Assembly: GCF_009834535.1 (NCBI RefSeq)
Contig: NC_045696.1
Span: forward strand, 97,652,001 to 97,716,000
DNA: 64,000 bases
Direction of reading: 5' to 3'
From: Camelus ferus
Taxonomy: Eukaryota
Positions 10,600-22,291 of the stretch are shown here, one piece after another. The notes beneath the pieces were generated by a model. The model did not search any database, was not told the origin of the DNA, and worked only from the letters and a program-made list of their open reading frames with translations. Position 1 is the first letter of the stretch. The number at the start of each line of letters is the position of its first letter. The position numbers and the translations under genes are program-made.

Positions 10600-12969
10600 T
10601 GGAGCTTGATTTTTTTTAAGGCTTATTTCTAGCCAAATTGTGAATTTGACTTAGCTAACGTTTTTGTTAACATACAGGGATTCCACCTGCAAAAAGATTC
10701 ATTTAATTAAAAGGAAGCAATCAATAACCTGCTGCCTTAATACACACTTTATAAAAACATTGCAGTAGGAGAAACTGCAGTATGCTTATAAAATATATGT
10801 AGATACAAGGAGTCCACTGCACTGTAAGGGGCATTGTGCCTCGCAGGAGAAATGTGAAGTATGTGATCTTTAAGACAAAAATGAGGGTAAAGTGGGTAAA
10901 ATCTCTGGATTAGTATAATTCCTTCTCACATTCTTAGAGCTGCAAATTGGTCTCGCCCTCTTGCTTCACATATCTGCTACCCTTTCAAGGCCTCAGTGGG
11001 AAACCTCTTCCTCTGGCTATTATTGCGTTAACGTCCACCTTATTATTTTTAGGCCTTTTTGACAATCTATTTCTGATCATTTCTCCAGTGCATCAGGACA
11101 CGTTCATTTTAAATACATCTTGTATTAATATTTTGAAAACCCTTTGAAGTCATGGATGATACCTTGGAATTTAACAGAGCAGAAGGGATAAGGAAAGAAC
11201 AAGACTTTTGCTCTTGATTTAAAAACAAACATTGTCCATCGCATTGATTTGCCTTCCCATAAGAACAGGGGCTCTAGCTGCCTGCAGGCTGTCTGACTGG
11301 TACCTCTCTGTAAAATGGGGTAACAGTCTCTCTCAAATCACAGGGCTCTTGGGAGGATGAAACGCGTTAACACTAGTGAAGTGCTTACGACAGTGCCTAG
11401 CATAGAGTAAGGGCTCAATAAGCCCTAGTATGTCATTACTTTACTTAATCTGAGCAGTCTGGTCTAAAGGAAAACTGTTACTTTGGATTCAGATGGACTT
11501 GGATTTAAATCCAAGCATCCCTCTGACTGGCTGTGCATTCTTCATGCAAGTCACCTACCACTCCCACCCCTGGCCTTCGCACGTTTCTTCATCTATAAAA
11601 TGGGCTGAGAACAACCACACAATTGTGAGAATTCACTGGGATAATTAATATTAATACCTTATATATTGCTGTATGAGACATCTTTTCAGTGTGTATTATT
11701 TTTTAAACGATCATCTTTCTGTTCTGCCTTTTTCCATGTAGTCCTTTCTATCTTTACAATTTTTAAACTTGGTGATAAGAGGATATAAGAAGACACTATT
11801 TTCCAGGCACATTTGTTAAAGAAAAGATCCTAAGATGAAATAATTGGCCATCCTGAGTTCATTCCCTTCTCTGAAGTTTGTCCAGTAGTGGGGTGACAGC
11901 GCCTCCTGGTGGTGAGGTTGGTGAAACGCTCACCGCGGAACGGGGAAGCAAGGCTTGAGTTGGGTGGAGAAGTCGGCTCAGTCCCATCACTGTGAAGGGC
12001 ATTCCCACCTGAGCTGCGGTAACTCCATCAGCCTCAGAGTAGAACGCCATGGATTTCATACAGCTCACTTCTTGCCAGCCACAAAGGCAGCCGAAGGAAG
12101 GGACAGGAGAGCCTGATCACTTTGCCTGGATAATTCAGGCAGACTCCTCAATGCTCTTCCTGCCCTCAGCTGTCTTTGGTCCCCTCCTTGCTTCCCGGCC
12201 CTCTGGGTTCCCTCTGGTTCAGAGCACCCAGGACCCTGAGCTGCCCTCAGCTGCCCATGTGTCTGTCTTCTCTTTGCAACTGTACATCCACAGGGGTGGA
12301 GACCATGTCTCCTATCTCTGTCCCCAGTCCCAGCACAGGGAGGGCTCAACAAATAAGCGGCTTTCCTGTACAGGGTCACACCCACGTGTCAGGTGCTGGG
12401 CTAGCTGTGTCACAGCAGAGTGTGAGGTTCCTTGCTAATAAGTAGTCCTTGAAGGGCCGCTGCAGATGGTCTTAACTGGAAGTGCAGGCAGAACACCGAG
12501 ACGGATCAGTTCTGCGCTTGGTGGGAGAGCATGCTCCTCACCACTGAACTCCCTCCCCAGGGAGCAGTGCTTGGTTCACTCCCACAGCAGTGAATGGGCG
12601 CTGTGCTTGGCTGAGTCCCCAGTCCCTCCCCCAGGGCTGCTTGCCCTTGGCCTGGCCTTCGGCGCTCCCTCCCACAGCTGTCCCCATGCCCTGGGCAAGC
12701 TGCTTCCCTTTCAGCAGCTTGGGGTCAAGGGAGAGGTGGCCAACTGTCTCAAAGGAAGACCTTGGATGGGAGGAGGTCCTACTTCAAAGGAAGCCAAGAG
12801 GGCGTATTTCAAAATGTCCTAGGTTTCTTTTTCCTTCTAGAATGCTTCTTTAGTATGGTTCTCATGACAGAAAAAGTTAACTGCCTTTGTTCCTTTAATA
12901 TGATTGCTAACAAACATTTGAAAGAAAAAAGCACTGAATTCTATGGCACTGAAGGGCCCTGAACATTGT

Positions 12970-13690
12970 GCCCCAAGCCGGAAACCTGAGTCCACCTTGA
13001 TAAACTTCCCTCTTTCTTCTCACTGATGGTTCCATCTTAGACCGCCTCTGAAATTTCTCTCCTTCCTTTGAGGCCCCATCCCCCTGCCCTGGAGATGCTC
13101 AGGGTCTCAGCTGTTTGGCTGCTCCCACCTCTACTTGGCTCTCGCTTTCAGCTACCAAGCTCTTCTGTTCATCCTGCACGTCGCTTCCCAAACGATTGTC
13201 CTAAACTCTCAAGTGGTCATGGTTTGTCCTGCTTGAAGTCCTCCACTGCTCCCCGATGTCCTGAAGGTCCGGCCTGCCTCTCAATCACCCCCATCCTGGG
13301 GGGCGGTCCCTCTGCTCTTCCCCCCAGCATTCACCCTGAGCTCCTGGCCACACAGAGAACTGTCATTCTCTGAGCACGTGGGTCTTTTTGTGGTTGCCTC
13401 AGGACTGGCTTCTCTCTCTGCCCAAAACATGCTTCCGCTCCTCTCTGGAAGCCACTCTTCTGCACAACTTCCCAAACCAGCCCAGGTCACCTCCTTGGAG
13501 AGGCTTCCCTCGCACACCTCCACATCACCCTTCCTGCAAGCGAGGGCCTGTCCCATGTTGTGCCCCTAACTCAGCCTGTGCTCACGGGGGCAGGGACCAG
13601 CTTTGTCCCTCTGGGCCCCATGTCTGGGACAGGCCTCTGCACCAAGTAGGGCACCCGCAAGTGCTTCCCTCTTCTAAATTCTCCTGCTAA
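12970..13690 (+). mobile_element. L2 3' region (degenerate)
   Basis: Typical L2 3' motifs (aaacctgagtccaccttga, ctctgcccaaaacatgcttcc, ggcagggacc...gtagggcac). Confidence 0.55.
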
Positions 13691-15984
13691 TTACTAGCTG
13701 TGGAGCCCTGGGCGAGTTCACCTTGTGAACTTTATTTTTCTACTTTAGGGATAAGATTTCTTCTGAGATTTAGTAGGAATCTTAAGTGAGATAACGCATG
13801 CAAAAACACTTAGCCCTTAGTCTTCAGAAGGAGGAAGCGGGGAAAAAAGGAAGAGGAGGAGAAGAAGGGGGGGGGGGAGAGGCTGCTGCTGCCGCTTGGT
13901 GATGAGGGAGACTGTCCTGAGTCCTCTCCTTTGGGCTCATACAGGTGATTATTCCTTTCCACTCGCTAAGTGGCTGTGTATGTGTGTTACACCAGCGGCT
14001 ACAACTCCTGTGATGCTTGCACGCTGGGATCCGATGGCTAGGAAGAGCCCATGGGAAAGTAAAGTGGCTGGAGACAGAAGCCCCCGAGCCCTTCTAGACA
14101 GACTCTCCCAAAATCAGACAGTGCAAATCAATATAAGTTGCGTTCTAGAAAAAGCACTGTGACTTAGGGTCAGAAGACGTAGATTCAAGCTTCCATCATG
14201 AAGAGCAGTATTCCTCTGGGCAGGCCCCTTGTCCTCTCTGGGCCTTGGCCGTCTTACCTCTGAAGGATGGTTGATAACCTCATGTGCTTTTTCTGAGAAT
14301 CAAATAAAGCATTGTGGGTGAAAGCACCTTGTTAACTGAGGACACCAAGTGACACAAGGTTCAGGCATCATTATAAGAAACTCAGGATGAGTTTCTGCAG
14401 TCCGAGGGGAGGTTTGGAGCTGGCAGGGGAGGTGAGGTCGTAAAGGAAGATAGGACACAGGATGCAGGAGGCCATGGGATGCTGAGGACAGCCTGCCAGG
14501 TGGCAGAGGGTGTGGTGAGACACTCCACCTGGACCCATCCCCCTGAAAGCCCTTCCTGCAGCAACAGTGACACATTCCACCCGAGGGCGGACTTGCACTT
14601 TACATGGGATTAAATCCGAGAGTCAGGGCAACATGGGAAAGCACATGAATAGTCAAAGTCATCCTTATCTCATAAATCACCTGGAAAGTGTAATATATAT
14701 GATTTTGTAATAAGCCCCTATGCAGCCGTTTTTGATCATATCATAATTTAAAGCCACTACGCCGATGTCTAGGTAGTCAAACATTTTTCCCTTCAGATAG
14801 TGATCAAAGCCGTAAGGTGAACAGAGGAGGGGTGGAGAATTCTGAAATGTTCCTGCTGGCCTGCACAGTTTATTCTGGTTTTGTTATTAAACCTGTCTTA
14901 TCTGATACCTGTTAATGGATGGGTTAGTGGCTGTTGTGAGGAGCAGATGAAACAACACATATGAAAGCATCTGTCACAGAGAAATGGGCGATAGCTGGGT
15001 CTGGCGTGGATGCGAACTTGCTTTAGCAGGAAGACAGACACAGAGGACTTTGAAAAGCAGTGTCTTGTCCCTTGGCCAGGCAGGCATCTCCCGTGGTGGC
15101 CCACAGCCCAGCTGTCACTGTCCCCACCTGGGACATTGGTCCCAGCCCACCTAAGCAGGTGTGAGTGTGCCAGGGCGGGTGTGAGGCCCTCGCGTCAGAA
15201 TATGAGACCAGTGCCTTGTTACTTGGCACCTCTTGTGTTTCTTCCTTTCTCCTTGGTTTTGGACATAGATTTATTCTGATTGATTTTAAGCTCATCAAGG
15301 GTAGTAGCATTCACATTACAGAATAAATAGAAAGCGTGTTGAATACTGTCCTGATGCTGTTGATGGAAATGCTAGGAGAAAGGTCCCTCCAAGAAGCCGC
15401 GCTGTAGCCTCATAGACACAGCCCTGGGTGAGGGAACGGGGCTATCGGGGGAGGGCCCAGGGGATGGCTCAGCCATACGCCGTCCGAATGCCACGCTCAA
15501 GCATGCCAGCCCCACGGCAGTGAGGCCCCGACAGTCCTCCGTAAGAAGAGAGGGCTTTCCACATAAAATAAACACCCACGGGAGTCGCTGTGTGCGATAC
15601 GAGGCTACCAGAGGCCTGGTACTCCCGTTTAAGTACAGAGAAGGGTGAGGATGATCATTCACGTGAGACACTTGTGAAAAAGCCCAGACGTCACGTCATA
15701 ACAGAAACAGCATCCTTCACCTCCTCTGTAAGAAGCCTGCTCCTGAGGTCCTATAGACCCTCACTATGCACTAATAAACAGAGGTTTGACTTAATGAACT
15801 GGTGTCCTGTAGAGTTTTGGGGCGTGGACCCACCTGTGTGTGGGAGGACCCGATAATCAGAGTTCCTGGCTGCTTAGGTATGTCAGACCCTCTGTCTGGG
15901 TCAGGCAGAGGGTCTGCAGTGGTGAGCCAAATAGAGACGGTCTCAGCCCTCCTGGAAGTTCGAGTCTAGTGCAGTCCTGCCTAG

Positions 15985-16168
15985 TAGACTGTCCGCTGTG
16001 ATCGACACGTCCTGTCTCCGTGATGGTCAGTGCACTCACGCATAGCCGTGTACGGCTGCTGAGTGCGTGAAATGTGGCTAGTGTGAGTGAGGAATTTTAA
16101 GCTTAATTTTATTTAAAGTGAATTTAAGTCACCACGTATGGCAATGGTCTACTGCATTGGGCGGTGCC
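15985..16168. mobile_element. MER3-like hAT element
   Basis: tgaaatgtggctagtgtgagtgaggaat...ttaattttattt...ctactgcattgg. Confidence 0.65.
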
Positions 16169-16860
16169 GTCAGTCTGGGGGCAGAAGAATGAGCACTAGA
16201 AAAAGAGTAAGACTAAGTTAGAAGACATGAGTTTGAGCCCCGGCTCTGCCCACTCCCCCGCCCCACTAACTGGGCGACTTTGAGCAAGTCGCAGTATTTA
16301 GTCTGCCTTGGTGGGGGGTCACAGCCTCTTGATGTTGCTGTGGAGATTAAATTATAATTTTTTAAAAGTTCTTTATAACTACAATGTTCCATGAAAATAT
16401 GAAGTGTTATTTTAATGAGTTCTATTAACATTATTTCTCACGAAGAACCTACAATATTTTCAAGGTCATTTTCCATAAAGTTGCACCTTAAAAGATTGTT
16501 CAGTTATCCGTCCTTAGGGGTGTTAGTGAAAGCCTTTGAGCTCTGTTGAGGAGTAATCATTCTCATTTTCTGTGATAAGATTTGCAATGGGAGCCGCTGC
16601 TCTCTGTTTACTAGTATTATTAGTTGCCTCGTGTTGCTGTGAATAAATGTTTTCATTATTTCTCCTGGTGCCTGTCAAAAGAGCACTTAGAAGTGAGAGC
16701 CTGTGCAACCTCACCCCACAACTCCAGCTCTGCCTCAAAGGAGCATCATGCCTGAGACGTGTAAACTGAAGATGGCGGGACATGCGCAGTGTCCCCCTCG
16801 GGTCCTTTACCTGCCAGTGCCCCCTGTGGTGATACGTGGGCACAGCAGGGTGTACCTTAC

Positions 16861-16997
16861 CCTTCCAGGAAGGGGTAGCCCCAGGTGTTGTTGGCCAGGA
16901 GACATTTAGGACCCTTGTTGATTGAGACAGCTGAGACGACAAATGAGTATCCGGCACCCAAGAATCCGACCACAGCAAAGATTGTGGAGGTGAACAT
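16861..16997 (-). CDS. TM4SF4: TM4SF4 exon 3 (MFTSTIFAVVGFLGAGYSFVVSAVSINKGPKCLLANNTWGYPFLE + GG)
   Basis: Polypyrimidine tract plus ccAG acceptor at 16999-16998, donor GTAAG at 16860-16856, 137 nt. Encodes TM3 and sequon N124 (NNT). Confidence 0.97.
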
Positions 16998-18899
16998 CTG
17001 GAAGAGAAGGAGAGAGATGGCCAGGTTCTTAAGGGGTCCAGAGGTGACACTCAGCACACCTAACCAGCCTGTTGTTGAGCGTGGCGACTGCAGGGAAGTT
17101 ATGGGGTAGGAGCCCACCTTTACTGGAAATGGGGCCCTTGGGGTCTCCTAGAATGAATTTTGGAGTCTCATGTCCCTCTTTTCACCCCCATCCCCATATC
17201 TTTTTCAGCTATTCATTGATGACTCAAATGTTAATTATGATTTGATACATTTGAGCTATGGTTTTTAATCTTATTAACAATAGACTCTCCTTCACAGGGC
17301 TCATGTGGAAGGCCAGTCTATTATAGAATCAAACTCTTAGAATGGGAAGTGATCTTAAGGTTTCTGGTCCAGTCATCTGACTGAGACTATGTCACGGTGG
17401 GGCCTCCTGTGGCAGGAAGGTTCTCTTATGAGAAAGGGTAAAAGTCTGGAACTTCTCCTCATCAGTCCTAGTTACATTCCTTGAGTTCAAAAAAATTAAG
17501 TCCGACCTCTCTTCCATGATGTAGCAACCTTTAAAATATCTGAAGATATTTCACATCTTTCTTACACAAAAATAGTTTCCATTTTACATCTTTCCACCCC
17601 TTCCACCCTCAGAAAGTCTTCTCTTCTTTGGGTTATATCAGCCCAACAATTCTGGTTCTTTTAAATATTTTTATACGACAGAGATTAATTCGTGAAAAAT
17701 AGATTGTATTGACATCTTTCTTTTTTTTAATTATAAATTCAAGATAGAATATAGAATATAAAAGGCAGAAACAGTCCTGGGGCCCAGGCTAGCTCTTTGT
17801 TAGAGATGAAAAAAATGAGGTCTAGAGATGCAATGTCTATTCTAAACAGGAATTAGAAAGTAGTGCTGGAAACATTGACAATTTTGGAAATAGAGGTGGA
17901 AAATGACCGCCTCTATTGCTTTGGTGACAAAAAGGTACAGTGCAAAGCACAAGAGTTTAAAAGTCAGCAGACCCAGGCTCAAATCTCAGCCTTGGTACTT
18001 TTCTTGGTGTGGTGACTCTGCATAGTGGATGTATCTTCGGGGGTCTTAGTATTTTCATCTATATTATGGGTACAATAAAGCCTACCTACAAGATCAGTTG
18101 GGAGAATTAGATGTGATAACCTAAGTTAAATGTCAGGTACTTCCCATTTCCCCGTCCCTGTATACTATCAATCTAATCACAGTACATACTTGGGGAGTGG
18201 GTTTGATGGTGGAGAGGACTTAATTGCACCCAGACAACTGGAGTCTGTGTGCTAATGGAGTTCCCACTTAGCCAGGATTCATCTTCATATCATATGTAAG
18301 TATTTTTGATGCAACTTTCCAAGGCTCATCTCTGGCTCCCTGGGCCGTGTCTGACTTCCCATGGAGAACCCACCATCCCCTCCCCCGTACCTCCCAGCCC
18401 CAGGACTCTGGGAGTCTATCACAGCACAGTACCTGCAACATGCTATTGTCCTCGCTGTTTATGTCTGTCTTCCTCACCCAGAGGACAAACCTTTGAAGCC
18501 ATGAGCAGTGGGCTATCTGAAGATGGTTAGGACATTGCTCCACCCCTACCACCAACCAAACTTTTTTTTTTTTTTCCTAGCTTATCAAAGGCACTGGATA
18601 ACTACTTATAGGGTGTTTTCAATGACTAGGGTTTCATATTACACCTTATTTAGATTTTTCTCTTTAATTTTTATGTTGAAGTTATCCTAAATGTATTCTC
18701 ACCATCAAGAACATTTGTGAATATAATCTAGGTCAGAAGTAAATGAAAATCTTGGTCAGCTTATCGTATTAGAACAGGCAGTCTCTTTTCCAAAGGATGT
18801 TTTGTTAATAACTTTGGAAATTGCTGATTATATACAGTTAAATAGGTCTCATCCCTGTTGCGCTTCTAAGAATCTTTGTGATAGGCCAGCATGTGTGAA

Positions 18900-19685
18900 G
18901 CGCCAAGAAGTGGACATACTATGTATGCTGGAATGTAAGGAAAATTATTAGCCCACAAATTATGCTTCAGATGTGAGGGAATTGCCTTAGAATTGTGTCC
19001 TGATTCCACCTCTCAGGCAATAGGGCATTTCCTGCAATTTGAACAACCAAGTATTGTGTGGTAAAGACATTAGTCAGAAACAACCCCATTACTGTTGGAT
19101 GACAGAATTGTCTAAAAATTTCTTTCTTAACACAGATCTGTTAATTATTCTAGGAAAGTTGTCCTCACTATTTCTAGTTCTGGATATTACAGTTAACAAG
19201 CCTTTTAACAGGTATTCTAATGTGAGCATGCTTAGTGTTTACAATTGTGGGGATCATTAATACATACCTGCGAGAGGAATGCTGGAATGCTGTCTTTGTC
19301 CTCTGTGAATTGATATTTATGACAAAGAGTGAACTTGCCACTGACAGCATCATACATGGATACCAAAGTGTCATGAAATGGAAGAGGAGAGAAAATGTGC
19401 TATGGGAAACTTCTGATGGCTCCAAAGGTGCCTTTAGTGGGAGCAAAGACATCGATGCCAAAGAAGCATGAAGACATTTTAAAATAAATGAATGGAGAAG
19501 AGTAATATTTCAAAATCAATACATTAGAATTAGTTTATACTTTGTACATGTGATTTAAAATATGTGTGTGGCACTGAAAGTTTATACATTATTAATGTTA
19601 GTCAAACAACTTTTTGGAACTTCTTTATGAGAAAAATTATAGGTGGTTTTATATTGCGTTTTGCCTTATATTTGGTAATATGCAG
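18900..19685 (+). mobile_element. Decayed pogo/Tc2 (POGK/Kanga-like) DNA transposon with DDE transposase remnants
   Basis: Peptide remnants CWMTEL, NTDLLIILGKLSSLFLVLDITVNKPF and DSIIHGY...ENVLWE resemble the pogo DDE_1 C-terminal motifs. Frameshifted. Confidence 0.65.
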
Positions 19686-20458
19686 AGTTTTCCAATCTCA
19701 TTGGTGCCTATAAACTTTTTTCCCATTAATTCTTGTAAGAACACACTTTGGGACGCTGCCCCAATTTAATGAGAACTTATCTAGGCTAGTTCTGTGTCTC
19801 TGAGCCCCCTCCATGCTCCAATCAAATTGCTGTTTCGTTAGACACAGCTGGTATAAATCTAGGAATGGCCAGAACGCTCCAGTACAGCAATTGGAAGCGA
19901 ACACTTGGTGGGTTTTGCCTTATGTTTTACCTCTTGCTCTTTCAGAGTGAGGCTCTGATAGGTCTGGAAACATTTTTGCCATGTGATCCTTGGGCTAGGT
20001 TGGGTTGTCTCAATGGAAAACAGATTCTGTAAAGGAGGGGGTCTCTCATCTTAAAATTTGCTGAAAGTCGTCAAAAGCCAGAATTGCCACTAAATAAATA
20101 ATTAAATGTTCTTATAATTGTATTTTCATAAAAAAGAAGACCTCAAAAACCTTCTAGTGCAGTCACCTCACTTTCTACCTAATAAAAATAGCTTCATTCT
20201 GTGAGAGCCTTAGAGGCTTTATCTTATTTAATCCTTTCAGCAAACCTATGAGATGGGTGTGATTAACTACATTTTCCAGATAGAAAACTAAGACTACTAG
20301 AAATTCAGATAATCGCTGTAAGTCAAAGAAAGACTAAAATGGTAGAACTGGGATCGATCCATGGCTACTTAGTTCCAAAGCCCATGCTCCTGTGACTTTC
20401 TTTAGTCACACATCTAGAAGATGGCTGAGCTAAATTAAGAACTGGGGTCTCAGACCCA

Positions 20459-20670
20459 GCGTGGGTGGGAAAAGGGGCTGCACCGCAAGTTGGTGGGAAT
20501 CTGGTGCTAAACCGTAAATCATTTGTAGATGACCTGCTTCTGGGTCGGGGTTTCTTATATAGCAGAGTAGCTCCCTTGCTGTGATCTATTGAAAGTCAGC
20601 CTTTGACACAAGGGTTTGTACAAAAAAAAAAAAAAAAAGAGAATGGAAAAGAAGAAAAGAAAAAAAAAAA
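20459..20670 (+). pseudogene. Retroposed 3' terminal fragment of 28S (LSU) rRNA with poly(A) tail (SINE28-like)
   Basis: gacctgcttctgggtcggggtttc...gatctattgaaagtcagc..tgacacaagggtttgt matches the recalled 28S 3' end, with CpG-to-TpG decay. A-rich tail at 20622-20670. TSD gaactggggtct at 20439-20450 and 20672-20683. Confidence 0.92.
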
Positions 20671-20683
20671 GGAACTGGGGTCT

Positions 20684-20890
20684 GGGAGGGGAGGGACAAT
20701 GTAGAGGTAGGGGGATAAGAGGTACAAACTATTAGGAATAAAATAAGCTACAAGGATATACTGTACAACATGGGGAAGGTAGCCAATACTTTGTAATAAC
20801 TATAAATGGAGTATAACCTTTAAAAATTGTGGATCCTTATATTGTACATAGGTAACTTATATTGTACAGCAATTATATTTCAGAAAAAAA
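20684..20890 (+). mobile_element. 5'-truncated L1 3' end (L1MA9-like)
   Basis: aggtacaaactattaggaataaaataagctacaaggatatactgtacaacatgggga...taactataaatggagtataacc motif and A tail. Confidence 0.8.
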
Positions 20891-20940
20891 GAGAATGGGG
20901 GTCTCCCTCCTAGTCCAGTGTCCTGTACCCTTCACCCCTT

Positions 20941-20943
<3 letters not shown>

Positions 20944-20985
<42 letters not shown>
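20944..20985 (+). repeat. (CA)n microsatellite, about 21 units
   Basis: Direct reading. Confidence 0.97.
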
Positions 20986-20987
<2 letters not shown>

Positions 20988-21554
20988 ATGCGCCACGCTG
21001 CCACTAGCACCATATACTCTGTTATTTACAGTTTTCTCTGTGAATGACATGGGTTCTCTCACAGAAATAAAACAACATGTAAGGAAAAAGTATCTTTTTA
21101 CTTATTTGACCTTCTACCCTTAAGTTCTAATTATTACTCAGGAATCATGAAACTACTGATTGTTAAAATGGAAGAAGGTCTAAAATTGCTGTGACAGAAG
21201 AGAGAAAGACTGCGTTTCCAGGAAGGTAGTTTGGAAGTCAGAGGAGACCTGAGGTCCAGCCTCCTCGGCGTCACCCAAGTCCCCACCCCTCTGGCCTCAG
21301 CTTCCTGTGGTAAACAGAAGAAAAGGGTGGGCATTTCAGAAGGTCCCTTCAGCTACAACTCAGGACGTCATCATCCACTGGCTATAGTGAGAGGAGAAAC
21401 CTCAACTGTGCTTTCTGCTGTGTGAGACGAGTGAAGATACTAGGTTTCATTCCTGGAACATTAAAAGGCAAATGTTTAAAGACACAAAAAGTGAGTACAA
21501 GTGCAAGCAGTCCTCATTTTAGGTAAGTCTGAGTCAATGAAAAACCAGGTTAAA

Positions 21555-21900
21555 TCACTTACGTGTGGAATCTAAAAGAAGGTCACCAATGAACTATTTA
21601 TTTCTTGTAACTTAGATAACAGATTTCTTGAGTATGTCTGAGCACATTTGACTGTCCTTTATGACTGGATTACTGCATTCTTTTGATTTTTATTTTGGAG
21701 TTGGCTTTTTTTCCTTTGGTAACTATGTTAACTTTAAAAAGCTAAAGCTCTAAATTGTTCTTAGAAACAGTAAACAGTACATATACATAAATTTTAAAAA
21801 TATGTGCAGTGTATTTATATGTATTCACATGCAGTTTATTGTATATGTGCAGTCAAATTGTATCAATTTACCTAATAAAACTGAAAACTGGGAAAAAAAA
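21555..21900 (+). mobile_element. TSD-flanked retroposed insert with an L1 3'UTR piece at its 5' end
   Basis: TSD ccaggttaaa at 21545-21554 and 21902-21911. AATAAA at 21874-21879, A8 at 21893-21900. Confidence 0.65.
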
Positions 21901-21971
21901 GCCAGGTTAAAATAAAATCAATGAGATGATTTTCCCTTTTACCAGAGTCCTCAGTGTAAGGCCCTCTAGAC

Positions 21972-22291
21972 CAGCAGTGTCCAATGGAAATATACTTCGA
22001 GCCATAGATACAATTTAAAATTTTCTAGTAACCACCACTTAAAAAGTTTTTAAAAAGTGAGATTAATTTTACTAATTTATTTTCTTTTACTCAGCGTAGC
22101 CAACATATTATCACTTTAACATGTAATCAATATAAAAATTACTAATGAGATATTTTACATTCTTCTTTTGTACTAATTCTTTGAAATCTGCTATGAATTT
22201 TATACTTAAGATACATCTCAATTTAGACTAGCCGCAATCCGTATACTTAATAGCCACAAGTAGATGGTGGCTACTGTATTGGACAAGATAG
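21972..22291. mobile_element. MER33-like hAT element
   Basis: cagtgtccaat...aatttaaaattttctagta...acatgtaatcaatataaaaattactaatgagatattttacatt...gtggctactgtattggaca with terminal inverted repeats. Confidence 0.82.

Noticed and set aside
20459..20620. Functional rRNA gene
   Set aside because: About 160-nt fragment with CpG decay, poly(A) tail and TSD. It is a retrocopy.
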